Source of the DNA: Bugula neritina
Taxonomy: Eukaryota > Animalia > Bryozoa
Reading direction: 5' to 3'
Assembly (NCBI GenBank): GCA_964035545.1
Contig: OZ037767.1
Span: 28,102,628 to 28,166,627, forward strand
DNA: 64,000 bases
Under the pieces are notes generated by a model. It had not been told where the DNA came from. It did not search any database and saw only the letters and a list, made by a program, of their open reading frames with translations. Below are positions 1 to 15,000 of this stretch, piece after piece; position 1 is the first letter of the stretch; every line of letters begins with the position of its first letter. The translations under genes were made by a program, and so were the position numbers.

Positions 1-85
1 CAAACTACTATGTATACTATTAAGCTACTATGTATACTATTAAACTACAGGGTCATTGGTTCTGTAATAATTGTTTGAATTTTAG

Positions 86-3000
86 GTCACAAATCGGCTC
101 CTGCTGACCAAAGAGGAAAAAGTGGGGATGGTGACAATGACTCGTTGATAGCATTTCCTAATGACCGATATGCAAGTGTGAGGCCAACTGAGCGAGGCAA
201 GAGGTTTAGGTAAGCTATTTCTTCTCTACCAACAAGTTTGTGACTTCCTCCTGTATTCTTATTTGTGTTACAGTTTGCTACTAGAAAATATCTACCTCAA
301 GATGTTTGTTATATTTAGTCTAAAATGAAGGAAAATATATATAAATGAGCAAAAGAATTGTTGGCCAGAGTCTATGACACAATAGAGAAGAGCACAAGCC
401 ATGAATGGTTGACAGTTGTTAGCAACTATCATTAAATAAGTTTAATTTCAATGGACCAAAAGTCATATTTTAATTTATCCGTTTAAATTCTCTATTTAGA
501 TTTGTCAATAATTAGCTTCTCAGTTTGAGTTTAAACCCATTCTCCCGCTTCACAGCACAAACTGAACTGGACAGTTTATTCAGTATAGTATATACAGTAT
601 ACAAGTCAATATTTTGTTGAAATGACACAAAACATTTTGCTGGTGTTAATATAACCTAGTAACTAATTGGTATCAAAATCTAAAAGTATGTTATGCTTTT
701 AATAGATGTTGAACAGTATTTCCTCTGAAACTGTGTTATTCATTGCTGTTTATATTTCTCTTGTAGAACTATATTCACCCGAGCTAACAGACACAACTAC
801 AGTGACCCGGACTACTCGTACACTGATGAGGAAATGGCGGCCATTGAAGCTCACAGGAAACACTATCAGTCATTTATTGACAATCTGAGAGAGGAGCGCA
901 GAGAGAAAGTTCGAGTCAAAGAGCACAAAGAATACGGCGATGATCTGAATATTGGTGTCAAGGTATGGCTTAGTGCTGTAAATATATTCCCTAAAATAAC
1001 ATTTGTCAAGGGCTGATAACTCAGGCTAGTATAATTTTCATGTATTTTTGGTAAACTTTTCATAAGCTCAAGTCGAAATTGTTAGTCAAAAATAATCATT
1101 ACTTAGCTTTTTTTCTGCAATATAAATTAATTAGTAAAGTTAAGTCCACGTCTTAGTTTATAAATTATATACATATTTTGTCTTTCTTTATAAATGTAAA
1201 TATAATTTTCTTTACAATTTATATTTTAAAGGGTTGAGTGTTGTTTAGTGGTGGTAATGTAGATAAACTACTCTTTTCTTCCAGCTCTACCACACTATAA
1301 CACAGATAAGCATGTTTTAAAATGAATAAACATTGTCAAACATGTATGGTGTGGTCTAGCATGTGTAAGCATGTTTTAACATAGATAAGCATGTTCTAAT
1401 GTAGAAAAGTATTAGTGTTAAATATTATAACAGGTTGCAGCTGGCTTGAAGCCCAAGAAACTTACCATCGCTGATATTAAGGATGACCCCAGGCCCCCCA
1501 CCCCACCAAACTCTAACTGGAAGCTCACCTCGAGCAAAGAGCTTGAAGCCTTAGAGAAACAAACAATTGACAAGCCTGTTTGCGATGGGCTCAAAGCAAT
1601 CCCCCAAACTGATCAAGAGAAGAAAGAGTGCTCAGCCTATCTCACTCCATCAGATTTACATAAGATAGTTATTGGTAATGATAGCTCACTAGTGTGAATA
1701 TTCGAATTGCATTTTCTTGGAAAATTTATATTGAGTTTTTTAGAATAATTTTATTTTTATGTATTCGTGTTCCACAGGTCCTGCTTTCATCAACTTTGGA
1801 GATGTTTGCATGAGGTCTACAAATACTAACCACATTAACATCGTCAATAATCTGGAGTCATTTATCTACGTCCAAGTTGGGGTAAGCAGAGCTGCTAGCT
1901 TACATATAATAATTGTTTCAGTATAACATATATACTGTATAGAGTAATTGGGTTTGGCTATGTTGCTTTGATATGTTACAGATAGAGTATTGAGTGTATA
2001 GATGACATTAGTGTATGTATAGATGAAACATTCCATATACCTATAGATAGAGTATGGATATTTATATATAGAGTACTGCATGTATAAATGGAGTATTAAT
2101 ATACACGTGTAGAGATAAAGTTTTAACATCTGTAGATGGGGTATTGATGGTATAGATAAAGTATAAATATTTGTATAGATGGAGTATTGATTTGTTATAG
2201 ATTGACTGCCGGGAGTTGAGACAAACTAGCCCGCTGTCGCAAGTTGTCCCCCCAATGAGTAGGGCTGCCGTCCCTGTAATATTTGAATCTAATGCTAAAG
2301 GGAAGTTCCAAAGGTACACATCAAATATTTCTATACACTCTCACACACATTTCTGCATCTCTTTTATGAGCTAGATCAGGAATTTCTGTTAGGCTAGGCT
2401 ATTTTGAAGAATTATTTAACGTTTCATTTGACTTGAACTGAATCTTTTATTCCTGAAAGAGTTTATTCATGTGACTTGAAAGGATATGCTGGTATTAATA
2501 TATTATGTTATACTTGTTCGGCAATATGTAGACTTCCTTCTATGCTTTTGCAGATCTATAAACTACAGCATCAATGGTTTCTATAAGAACCACCTGACTG
2601 TAGTGGCAAATGTCGTCCCTCCATCCCTTGTAATGCACACCGACTCGCTGGAAATTGGGCCGACTATAGGTCTACCCGCTGACGCAGGGATGAGAAGCAT
2701 CATAACCCTGACTAATCCTCTAAACTACCCCGCTGACTTCACATGGCATCCTGTGGTAGGGGACAGGGGAACTGCCTTCTCCATCAGACCTGCCAGTGGT
2801 ATGTTTTACCTCTCCATATGTAAATACTGTGCATGTCAACCTACCTGTGCTTGTTGTTTGTTAACTGCAGACTAACCTATTCCTTTAGAAAACAAAACAA
2901 TTTATACTACTAGTTGTTGTTTTGCTATACTTCATTATTTAAAAGAAAATTAATTTAGAATTAGAAATGGCTTGCTTATGTGCATAGTCAAGAATACAGC

Positions 3001-6000
3001 CACATTAGCTGGATTAGTAAATAATAAAATTAGCAGGAAAAAGCATTGTTCCACTCTATGCCTCGTGTACATATAACCTGCTTACTGTATAATGTCGTAC
3101 TAAGGTACTGTTGAGGAAACGTTTCTAGTAATTTCAAAGGTGAATTAGCAAAAATAGAATAGCTAATGGTCTCCGAGACTGTTGCTCTGTAAGTAAATAT
3201 GTCCTGCCATATAGCTCAGTGAAACACTTGTAGGCACAGTAGATACTCATCAGAAACTAGACTGTGAGGTGGTATTCCATCCCTCCTACCTGGCGCCAGA
3301 TGTTGGCAAGTTTTCCCTCAAGGTAATATCTTACTCTATATATACGTATCTCACTTTATGTATATATCACTCTGTCTATATTTATATGTACACAAACTGA
3401 CATCTTTGATCATACAGTGGGCCCATGCACATATCTGATTAGTTGTCTTACTGTCACATTTGATTTATGACATGTTGACACACCTCTGCAGGTGCATGGA
3501 GGTGTTCCTCAGACTCTAGAATGTTCTGCCAAGTTTGGAGCCACAAATGTTCAGTTCATAGAAAGAAGATTGATGTTCGGAGTTGTCCCTCTCAACCTGA
3601 CAACCACTAAGTCAGCCTTACTATTCAATGGCAGCTCTAACCACGCCTACTTTCAGGTGAAGGCTGTTTTGTTAATGAGCAGTTGGACTTTTATACGCAT
3701 TGTTTTTTCATTGCAGTTGGTGTGGAATAAACAAGTATTTTTTATGTCTTAATAAGAATTTTTTATAGCTAGCTTTTGGAATTAAAGCATTAAATTACTA
3801 AAAAGCGGAGATAGTGATTTTGAAAGTGTCTAAGTGGAACTTTTGGTTCATTACCTGTAGCTGTGTCATGTGCTGAAATTTCTGCATATTTTTGTATTAA
3901 TGTCTTTTGTGTTTTATTGCAGGTGCTGGACCCAGTGCCCTTCCACGGGCTTCTTGTTTCACCTGTTCAGGGTGTCGTCCCTGTGGGTGGCAAAGCTGAG
4001 CTGAAAATCATGCTGTCACCAAATGCACTCATAAAATTTGACACCAGAATACAGGTGGCTATTAGAGGTGGCAGGACTTTAGAGCTCAGAGTTGGGGGCA
4101 CTGTTGAACCCCCCTGCGTAGACATTGATCTGGTATGTTGATCTCACACTAAGTTTTAACTGCACAAATTTCATTAAGTTTATAAAGATACAAAATTTGC
4201 TGTTGCATGTTTATAAACTAAATTATTGTAAATATTTAGGTTGATAGCCATTTTATGGGAAACTTGGAGAAGGTACTTTGCAGTATATATGCATAAATTT
4301 TGTAATATTTTATATCCGAAATGTGCTGGCCAGTTCTAAAATTTGTATTTTATTGTACTTGTTTATATATTGTAATGGTATTTCAATTGCTTTTGTTAAC
4401 CTTATAATAACCACAACTAACCACTGGCTTATTTATTTCAAGTCTACTTTTATTTGATTTTCTTCATTTTATTAATTACGGTGTTAAAATTAAATTTCAA
4501 TTTAAGTTGATTAGTTGGTTTTAAAAATGTTATCTTTGTGAGTAACAAAGTACATCTATTCTACATTTCATTATTTTATGAAGTGCATCTCAAGATATTT
4601 ACAAGTAGTTTGGTTGAATGGCTGTAGGCAAACTTCAACCTCGGAGGTGTACCGTGCGGTTCCACAAAGAAGCTGGAATTCTCTCTACTCAACAGAACCA
4701 AGACTAAAACTCGGTGCGAGTTTGACCTAACTCGCTACAAAGACTTTTCCCTCGAGTTTCCTGGTCTGGTAACTCCTGAAGATCTGACATACCAGGCCAG
4801 AAATCCTAACAAGTTTAGCGTGCTGCTGTCGGGTGAAGAGGAAACCACAGGCTACTTGCTCTTCTCTCCCACAGAGGTGCTCAGGCTAATATCTCATGAA
4901 TTTTAGCTGACGAGATTTTTTTTTGTCGAATTCAAAGCGTCAGCACTATTAAGATGCAAATACTGAGTTGATGTCAATGAATTTATTGCGCAATTCATAT
5001 ATATATATTTCTTTTGTTGGTTTGACTTCAGCATTACTGGTTGTTTTAGGTGGCAGCCTACGACTTTGTGCTGCCGGTTTCCATCAACACTGTGTCAGCA
5101 CCTTCGCCAACCCAGACCCCCGTCCCCCCAACACCAGCTCCTAGTAACAAGAACACTATTCACAACATCATCAACCCTAAACCAGTGCCCGTTGTCATCG
5201 CAACTCCGAGGAAGCGAGTCATATGCACCGCCCTTCGACAGCCTCTGCAAATCAGTAGAAATAAGCTAAACTTCACCTTGACCTCTGACTATTATGAACT
5301 AGCAGCAGATTCTGGCTCTAATTCTACTAAAGTTCAGGTATTTTCCGTCAGTCAATGAGGCGCTCGCTGGTACCTGTCATACAGCTGCTATACATGGCAA
5401 AAATTATCTGTTTTGCAAGAACTTAGAGCACCTGTTATGAACATCATATGTGTCTTTATCATGCCATAAATCTTGTCACCCATGTGTCAGCTACAGCATG
5501 TCATCTGTGTGTCACGCCTGCATGTTGCAATTGTTAAACTTAGTTTCTGGTGCTTCCCTTAACACAGATCAAAGGCACTGTTGATGGAAATCCTTATGTT
5601 AAGTCGGTATGTGGTGATAATTGTCAAGATTGGTACTTCTGTCTCTATTCACCCAGTTATATGATTTAATACCTCATAACCGTGTTGCTCATCTGTCTTT
5701 ATGTTGACTTGTTTGAAAAACTAATGTTGATTTACTGATTAAATTTTGTGTGTGAGATTTTTGGTTGAAGAATTCAATATCTAACGCTACTTGTTCAGCT
5801 ATTTGTTTGCCTAGGTACCTAATAGCTAGAATATTAGTTAATAGAGTGCGGGTACTAGTAGATAAGGGTTTCTTCTGCAGCTATTTGGTATAAAAAATAT
5901 GTCTTATTTTTTTATATAGAATTTAGGCTAATGACGATTGCCCAACATGTTAGACCCTTTTTATGGAACTTTGGCTAAATCCACAACTCCCTTGTGTTTG

Positions 6001-9000
6001 ACTCATTTTATATATAATTTGCTTTCAGACTACGGTGTTGGCAAACGTTAGTGATAAAGTTATAGAGTGGGCTTTGGACTTGGATAGTTGTGGCCCGTAC
6101 ATTGACAACGGTAACTTCAGGTTTGTGAGGGAGAGTGGAGCCCCCTTCCTGACACACAAAACAGGTGGGGTGTGTGGCAAACTAGATCCCGGAGAAACAT
6201 TTGAACTCGGAGTTTTCTTCTGTCCTGGTAAGACTGCACTTCCAGTGTCTTTGCCAACCTATACACTATAACTTTTATACTGTGACCTATATACTAGAAC
6301 CTTCATACTGTGACCTATATACTGTAACCTATTTACTGTGACATATACTGTGACCTATATATTGCACCCTATATATTGTAACCTATATATTGTGACCTAT
6401 ATACTGTGTCCTATATACTGTGACCTATATACTATGACCTATATACTGTGACCTATACGCTGTGACCTATATACTGTAACCTATATACTGGAACCTATAT
6501 ATTGCAGTCTAGATATCTTGTTGCTACTCTAGATAAGCCAGTGGTACACGAAGCAAAGGTTCCAGTAGTCGTCAATGGAGACGTTGCCAACCCTTTCCTC
6601 TTTCTTACTTTGACTGGCGTTTTAGAGAAACCTGTCATAACCTTTGACCCTGCAGCTATCAGCCTCACTCCAGTTCCACTAGGGTTGTCCTCTTCCACCG
6701 TAATGGTGATGGCTCTCTCCGGATATAGAAGGTATTTTATGGTTACTGATTTATACAATCTGTAGGTATAGTTTTGGTTTTGTGGATGAATATTTTCTCA
6801 TAGATTTTAATCTGTAAAGGGAGACAAATCCCATAGAGGGATGCATATAGTAAGAATCTTTGGTTTCTAGATCTGGCTCTAGCCTCTGAGTTATAGGCCA
6901 TCTAAAGTCCACTTTCTTTGTTTTGTATTTTAAAGAGTTGTATGAAAGAACTATGTTTGTGTATCTAATAGACCTGCAGAGTTAAGTCTGCACCTGCCAG
7001 AGGTTGAATGTGAAGACGGGAGTCTGGTATCCCCCCTCTCTGTAAAACATGAAGATAACACAATATTTGAAGGCTATAGTATTGAACCTTGTCAAGACAT
7101 TGACCAGAAAACATTGATTACACTGAAACTGAAGTAAGACGTTATGTGAATGAGATATCCTTATCATCTTAGTTGTACCAAGCATAATGAGTTTCATACA
7201 CTGTTGTATATGTTGCGTATATGGTAATGTGTATGTTATTGTATGTGTTAATGTATATGTTGCTGTATATGTTACTGTGTGTTATAAACATAGAATGCTG
7301 TAGATTGTAGTTATCCTATATTGTGTTATAATATCCATATGACGTGTACCTACCTCAATATAGGGATTTAATATGTTGAGATGTATTTAAAAGTCCAAAC
7401 ATAAGAATTTTGAGTGACGCTTTATGTGTCCAAAGCTGGTTAGGTTTTGTGGCACAACATTTGCTGAAATACAAGCTAATAGCTAACTCAGTTTTGACAT
7501 ACAAAGCCACAGTAATTTAATCAGCTAATTTTATTGATTAGCCAAAATTGGTTCATTAGATATTGTTCTGCCAAGCTAATATATGCATTCTCTGCAGGTT
7601 TGAGTGTGACAGACCTCTGTCCTTTGAAGTTCCACTGGTGTTTGAAGATAGTCTGGGAAATAGATACGAGTTGCCTGTAACAGCTACCTCCGATAACTGC
7701 CTGCTTACCTGCTATCCATTTATAGCCCAGCATCGCATGGATCATCAGATTGTTTGTGAAGAGGTACTTTTTATCAAAATATGTTTTGCCATGGAGTTGT
7801 AACAATATTTATAACTATTTTTACACGTAGTATAATATGTAATGTAATACGTAGTATAATATGTAATGTAATACATGGTATAAAATGTAGTATATTACAT
7901 CTTTATGACATAATATACAACCTAATATGATGACGACTAGTATCCATGGAAACGGAATATATTATTACAATTGCCTAAATTCAGTGAATCTTATTCTCAT
8001 GTATGCTATTATTATAAACCTAACAAGTTGAATGTCTGATAAAAGTATGTGAATATTCAGGGTGTTCCAATATACACAGATCGCAGGGTGAGACTACTCT
8101 GATAAGCTTCGGCTATTCTATACTATTCAGTTAAACTCTCTTTGTAGAGTCTGTTGTTATAGAGCAAATACTGACACAAATTATGCTCTCAAATCTGTAC
8201 AGTTGAGCTTTATATAGTTTTAGCAGTCATTTGCCCTTGTAATTATTTCCCCCACTATATGTTGCTTGCTTTATACTATAGATTCATAGCCCGAATTGTA
8301 CATCGCTGGGTCACATGCTTCGTTTCTCTGAAAATTCTATTATTTCAGTGAGAGTTCCTGCTTTCTTATGTTACTTTTTGTGCTGTTGATTTATTATGTT
8401 TTATTTACTTGTGAGTTTAAATTGTTGGATAATTTGCACTTTGAGACAAGCAATTGACAGTAAAATTTGGTGAGAAATGCAACAAATTACTGAATGTTTT
8501 GAAATAGAATTGATACCCTATTTGCTTTCTTTTACTCCGTATACAAATCCTGTGTAATGAGGTCACCAGACTAGCTGGTATAATGAGTGAGTCATTTTTC
8601 AGGGGAAGATGCTGAGATCCTTGCGGAGGACCAGCTCTGGCAACCGCAGTGTGGGGGAGCCCATCATAACAAACATAGCCACCCCTACCAAGAGCAGACC
8701 CAGTACCAGTGCCACCATGTCTCAGTTTGAGGTGTCCAGCTCCGCCTATGAGTCTAGTGAGGCCAGTTCAGGTATGACCTTGTCCCAAGGTCACCGGGAG
8801 CAGTGAATGTGTTGAACTAATTTCAGTCTGACGTTTGAAAATCTGGGAAATACCCGTTGGTTTTACAATTTTTGAAAATTAACTTGGAAAATTTAGAATG
8901 AAATAATTGTTTTGCTGTTGGTTATAAACTCTTCTAGGTTAAATGAATGCAATACAAGCAAAGAGATGTATGTTAGTTGCGGTAATTTTGTATTGGCAAG

Positions 9001-12000
9001 TTCCAAGTATGTTTAAGCCTGTTTTAGTCTTTTCTTTCCCGTGAAAGTATGTAACTGCATATCATATAACCTTAACACCTGATTGTACGTCTGCTTTTCT
9101 CCAACAGAGTCGATTCTGCATGATGGAGGCCAGCGTAAGGGTGCTGTGAACAAAGCATACAAATCTGACAGCAATGCCGAAGCTGCCAGACGTTCTCTCG
9201 GATCCGCTGTCTTTCCAGACGAAGAGACAGAAGAAGGAATTTTCCACCAGGAAGTCCTCTATTCAATCCAGAGATGGTTCTCCGCTAATGGCTGGCCCGG
9301 TGGGGCTTATCCAATCAGAATACCTGATTCACTGAGGAGGTTAGTAAAAGCAGACTCATTATAAAACATATTGGGAATGGACAAAACATGGCTACCATGT
9401 ATTCTGTGTTAGCATGTATAAGTGTGAGAGTGCATGTTGGGCTGTGACAGAGTTTATTTGTGTTATATTTTATTAATAATATCTTTACTGCATTTTACGA
9501 CCAGATATCAATACCTGAGTGAGACTCACTAGTAAGTAAAGACAGAGAAATCTTTGGTTGTACGCACTGCATTTATTCACCTATTCACAGCTTATCATTT
9601 CTTCCATTCTTCTATATAATTGCAGAAAGTCGGACACTTGTGTCGGTCGTCTTCCCACATTTTTCCTGGATACTATAATTTTTGCTAGCTTTTAATTGTT
9701 ACTCAGAAATCATTGTATTTGAGTCATCCCCAAGGCTCATTTGATATATAATATAATGTAATAGAATATAAAAAGCATTTTCCCAAAAAAGTTAATTTTC
9801 CAAAACGTGCTAATAACAGATTATATAACACTAGGAAGTAAACTGCACTCACATCATCATTTCACTCAGCTCTGCTTCAACTTTAAATCAATAATTTAAT
9901 TTGATTTAACAAGTTGCATAAATTTTGCATGTTTTATTTTTAATTTTATAAGATATTACATAAGGAAGACCACCTGTGATACAAGTGAGAGTCAATATGC
10001 TGGCTATACTATGCACTGATAGACTTACCTACTATTCTACTTACAGTGGTGTAACCAAACAGGGTAGTGAATCTAAGTCCAAGGGTAGATCGTCGGATGC
10101 TAATAATATCCGTAAGGATTTGAAGACCATCTATGAGATGGTCGTGCATTTGGCTGGTAGACCAATACCAGGCATCCCTCCCAATGGCTCTCTCCCAGCT
10201 AATCTTACAGAGAGAGTCAAACAAATATACTGGCAACACAGCACCATGTTAACCTTCATCAGGTACTCGTATGTCCATACACTTCTGTTGAGTTGTGTGA
10301 ATGATGTTTACATATATACCATCTGTTGGTGCATGTAGGATTATGTTAAATTTATTATGCATAAGACGTTAGATAATTGAGTAGTATAGACAGAGTCAAA
10401 TCAGTATATACCAAAAACTCTAGCTATTCAACTAAAAGCTTTGTATAACTTTTTGTTTGAAAGCTTTTTCTCTGAAAGCTTTTTATAGCTTTTTCTCTGA
10501 AAGCTTTTTATAGCTTTTTCTCTGAAAGCTTTTTATAGCTTTTTCTCTGAAAGCTTTTATAGTAACAATGCTATAATGTAACTGTGTACATCTGTTTATA
10601 TTAGCCACTTTGTGGTAGTTTATACATACATGTGCATAACACTACCACAAAGATAATTTGAAATCTAATATTAATGTCTCTATCTGCAATTCTCTCTTAC
10701 TCTAGAAATCAAGGAGGGTGCGTTGCTTCTGTGAAGCCTGAGTATCTCATGGAGCCCAAAGATTACAAACATTGGAAATGGCTGCAAGAGGTTGAGGATG
10801 CGGGTGGGGATGTAGACGCCGCCATACAGAAGAGAACTGTGCCTAATGAAGATGAGGCTATGCTTGCAGACGCCATATTTGAAGCCATTAGTAAGAGGGC
10901 ATGGACAGATGTACTTCTTCAAGTTAGTTACTTGTTTTACCTATCTAGTCACATGATGTTATACGTAAATTTTGTGTTGAATGAAAAACTTCGAGATCTA
11001 AGTTTTACTTGATATTTCATGATTTACACAAGTAGTAGAAGATGACCAATTGATTTTAGATGAAGGTATAATTAATTTAAATTTAAAAAAAAAATTCTAT
11101 AAAAATTTGCTAACAGTCAATTGAATTGGTGTATATCCATTTACAGTGTTGCTATACTACTGGGTAATAGCTGGTGTGGCTTCATTCACGTACATCTATG
11201 CTATAAGGTAGTCAGTTGTCTTCTCGTATTGCATTACAGATGTGGAAAACTCTAGTATTAAGTAGGGTAACTCCTCGACAACTAAAAGCCAATCGTCTCC
11301 CAGACCGGGAATTCCCAGCTCCCAGTGTGAATGTTGACCCTCTTTGCAGTAACATCTACAGCGTTTCAGAGCGCATTATTGCTGCCTGGATGAATGACAT
11401 GTACAGCAATTATAAGGACAGGATTTGGTACAACAATGTCAAAGGTGTGTTTTGATAAACTGAGTATGTTAGTTTCTTTTGCTATTAAAATTTTGAAATA
11501 GTCGGCCAGCTTTATGTCTGCGATTTTATCATTTCTTGTGATTGAAATATTAAATGTTCATTCATGATTAATGCAAATTATCCGTTTAATTTTTGGTATT
11601 TGCATAATATAATTTTAAGTCAATAGCTGAAAATGACTTCAATGACTGAAGTGTTTCAATCTGCCACATTTATGACTTATTCAGGTGGTGTGCCTAACTC
11701 TAGATGGCTGGTAAACTTTGACTACGATCTGCTGGACGGTTTAGTTCTGGCTGCGTGTCTTGGTGCTTACTGCCCTTTCTTGATATCTACCCACCTCATT
11801 GACTTGTACACTAAACCAGAGACGGCTGAGCAGTGTCTTCACAACGCTCTCAAGGTAACTTAGTAGAACTGAATCTAAGTAACTGTGACTAGAGGACTTG
11901 CGGCACTATTTTGGCCAAACTATGTTTCTCAGCTTCATCTCTTATGCTATAATATAGACAATGTTGTAGTGTATAAATATGTTGAGTTGCATCATTTAAT

Positions 12001-15000
12001 CCATTTGTTCATGGAACCTCGGCAGTTCAAACTATTTAAGGTTGGTGAAACAACTCCCAATATTCTGCAGGTGGTGAATGCCATGAGGTATATTGGTATT
12101 GACTATGACATACAAGCCATAGATATTACCGACCCCAATCCAGTGTCCCTGCTCATGCTCTGTGTCTATCTCTATCAGAAGCTGCCAATGTACCTGCCCA
12201 AGAGCACCGTTACATTCTCTGGAGCCTTGCACCAAAATGTTCAGAGACAGGTAAAGCTTATATATCTGCCAGTTATATTTCAGCTGTATTTCTGGTTTAC
12301 TTGTTTACTTACTCAACTGTAATCAGTCAATAATTTTACCAATCACTGAATATTTATTTTGATTCAATTGCTCACTCACAATTGTCATAGATTAGTGAGT
12401 CATTGATTGTGTCAACTGTAGCCTAAGTTCTTTTGCTCATTCAGTCAGCTCTGCTCAACGTACCATTCTGTCAAGTTTAGCATCTGCTTGTTTGGTTGTT
12501 TTTATGCACTATTCTTTTCATCTAATTACCTAATTCAACAGAAATATTTTTGATGTAGAGTTGTTTAAAAAGTTTATCCACGGGTTCTTTTTTAATCTGA
12601 AGCAAGTTAAATGCCTGTTATAATGACTGAGTATTTATGAAGTTTGCCTCGGTGCATATGCTGTCTTCGGTCACAGCTCTTTAATCAACAGCAGCTGGAG
12701 GGGAAAGGACATAACTCCTTAGTAAAAACTGTGTGGTATATTGTGATTCAACTAGAGTCAAGTCAAGAATTCATCTAGCACACAACAACTACAGATGCTT
12801 CTTTATTTGCAACTTTGTGTTATTTCATGTTTTATGATTTAACAACAGATTGTATTGAAAAATGAAGGAAAAGTGACAAAGCTCAAATACGCAGCTTATG
12901 TCAGGGGAAATGACTCCAATTGTTTTAAACTTAAATCTACAGTGGTAATGCTTTATACTCCTTGCAGGTTTCTTTGTTTGCTGTTCCTTTTCTATCATTT
13001 TATACGTAACTTTATGCTAGATGATAAAGTAACAGCAGGAGACAACTTCCAACTGTTTGACTGACAGCTCAAGCTATTCTTAGTGTAAAATATCTTCTTT
13101 TGTTCAATTGTAACTTGTTGGCTTTAAAATTCTCTCCAGCCTTCTCTGCGTGAACTTTGAAAAACTTTAATTTTGTTAGTTTTTATACCTGCTCACCTCT
13201 ATACCTACTAACGAATCTTATATGCTAGACATCTATAGCATATAATATGTAGATATGCTAGACATCTAAAGCATATAGTATGTAGATATGCTATTCATTT
13301 ATAGCATCTAATATGTAGATATGCTATTCATTTATAGCATCTAATATGTAGATATACTAGACATCTACAGCATATAGTGTCTGTTAGTTGTATGTTGAGC
13401 TGTTTACAGCTAAGGCGCTAGTGAGCTAGCAGCCTGTATGTTCTCTGATTGATTAGCTGCTCATATACTAACATTCAGACATGTTGAACCTACTTCTAGA
13501 TTAAGCTGAGTAACCCAAGCGGTACGAAACCTCTTTCCTATCAGTCTATCATCAGTGGCTATGACGCCTGCGATTATCACGTCAACAGTGAGGGCAATGT
13601 CATCACGATTCCTCCCAAAGGTAAGTGAGACGCCGTTTTATATCAAGTTTTGTGATTATGTGATTTTATATGCAATTTCATAGAATGTGATAAGGTGATG
13701 CTTGTCTAAAATCCTATCTAGCAAGTCAAATAGCTGGTCTGTAAACAATAATGTGGAAATGTTGCAAAGGTTTTGCTATTTTGTAGGACAAATAAGCCTG
13801 ACTGTGGAGTTTAAGAGCAGATTTTTACGACCGGCGTCGGCCATGTTGATTTTAGTTGGTCACCGGGTTGGCTCGGCAAGCGGCACCACCATGGTATTTA
13901 AACTCTCCTCACAGATTGATGATGTCACACCTGTTGTAAGTCTGTAGATTCCTATATCAACTTTATTTGTAATTATAGTAACTAAGTAATTTAGTAGCTA
14001 GTAACTATTAATAACTATTGAATATTAACTAACTAGTAACTAGTGACTAGTAACAACCATGCTGAATGCCATATTTGTAGTTGAATGAACAACTATTTCA
14101 AAGCTAATAAATCTCAAAATATCTGTGCATACAGATGATACCTTTCCCCACTTCTTATACTTGCTATGGGATAATATGTTTAGTTGACAAATTTTATCAC
14201 CTGTAATGTTGTTTGTCAGCATTGGAACAACAGAAGACCACCTGGTGGCTCTCAGGTCTGGCTATTTGACTGTCACTTCATATTTGTTATGTAGTGTTTA
14301 TACGTGTTTTCTAAACTGTACTACCCACCTGTATCATTTACCTGCACCATTCAGGTTTATCATTCAGCTGTATCACCTGTACTATTCGTCTGCACTTTTC
14401 GCCTGTATCATTTACCTGCATCATTTACTTCTGTAATTCACTTCGCTTTGGTGTTCAAAATGTCACTTTAGTCTGCAATATGAGTCTTTACACCCACTTA
14501 CAGTAAGTGGACATGTGATTGTGTATGTAGATGTGTATGTAAGCGTGTAAGTGTATGTAAGTGTACGTAAGTATGTATGTAAGTATGTAAGTGTGCGTAA
14601 GTGTACGTAAGTATGTATGTAGGTGTGTGTAAGTGTTAAAGTTGTAGACATGAGGAGTGAGAATTATTGGAGTTCAGAGAGAAGAGTTGTGCTGAAATTA
14701 AATTGAAACTAAAACAGTTCTGTAAAAGTAATGCTGACTTTCATGCTGCCATATTGAATGATAAATGCTGCCAGTTGTTGGCATCTAGTCGCTGTTTCTA
14801 ACTACGCTTTTCTTATTGCTGCTGCCATTTTACTTCAGGGCATAATAAGAGAGGAAGCACCTTGCTATGATCTGCACAAAATTGACGTAGACGTCACAAA
14901 TCCGTTTGCCAATGAAGGGGAGTTTAGAGTGGTGTGTGTAGAAACCATGGATGACTCCGAAGTCACTCACCAAAATAAGTAAATTTCAGAAATTAAAATG

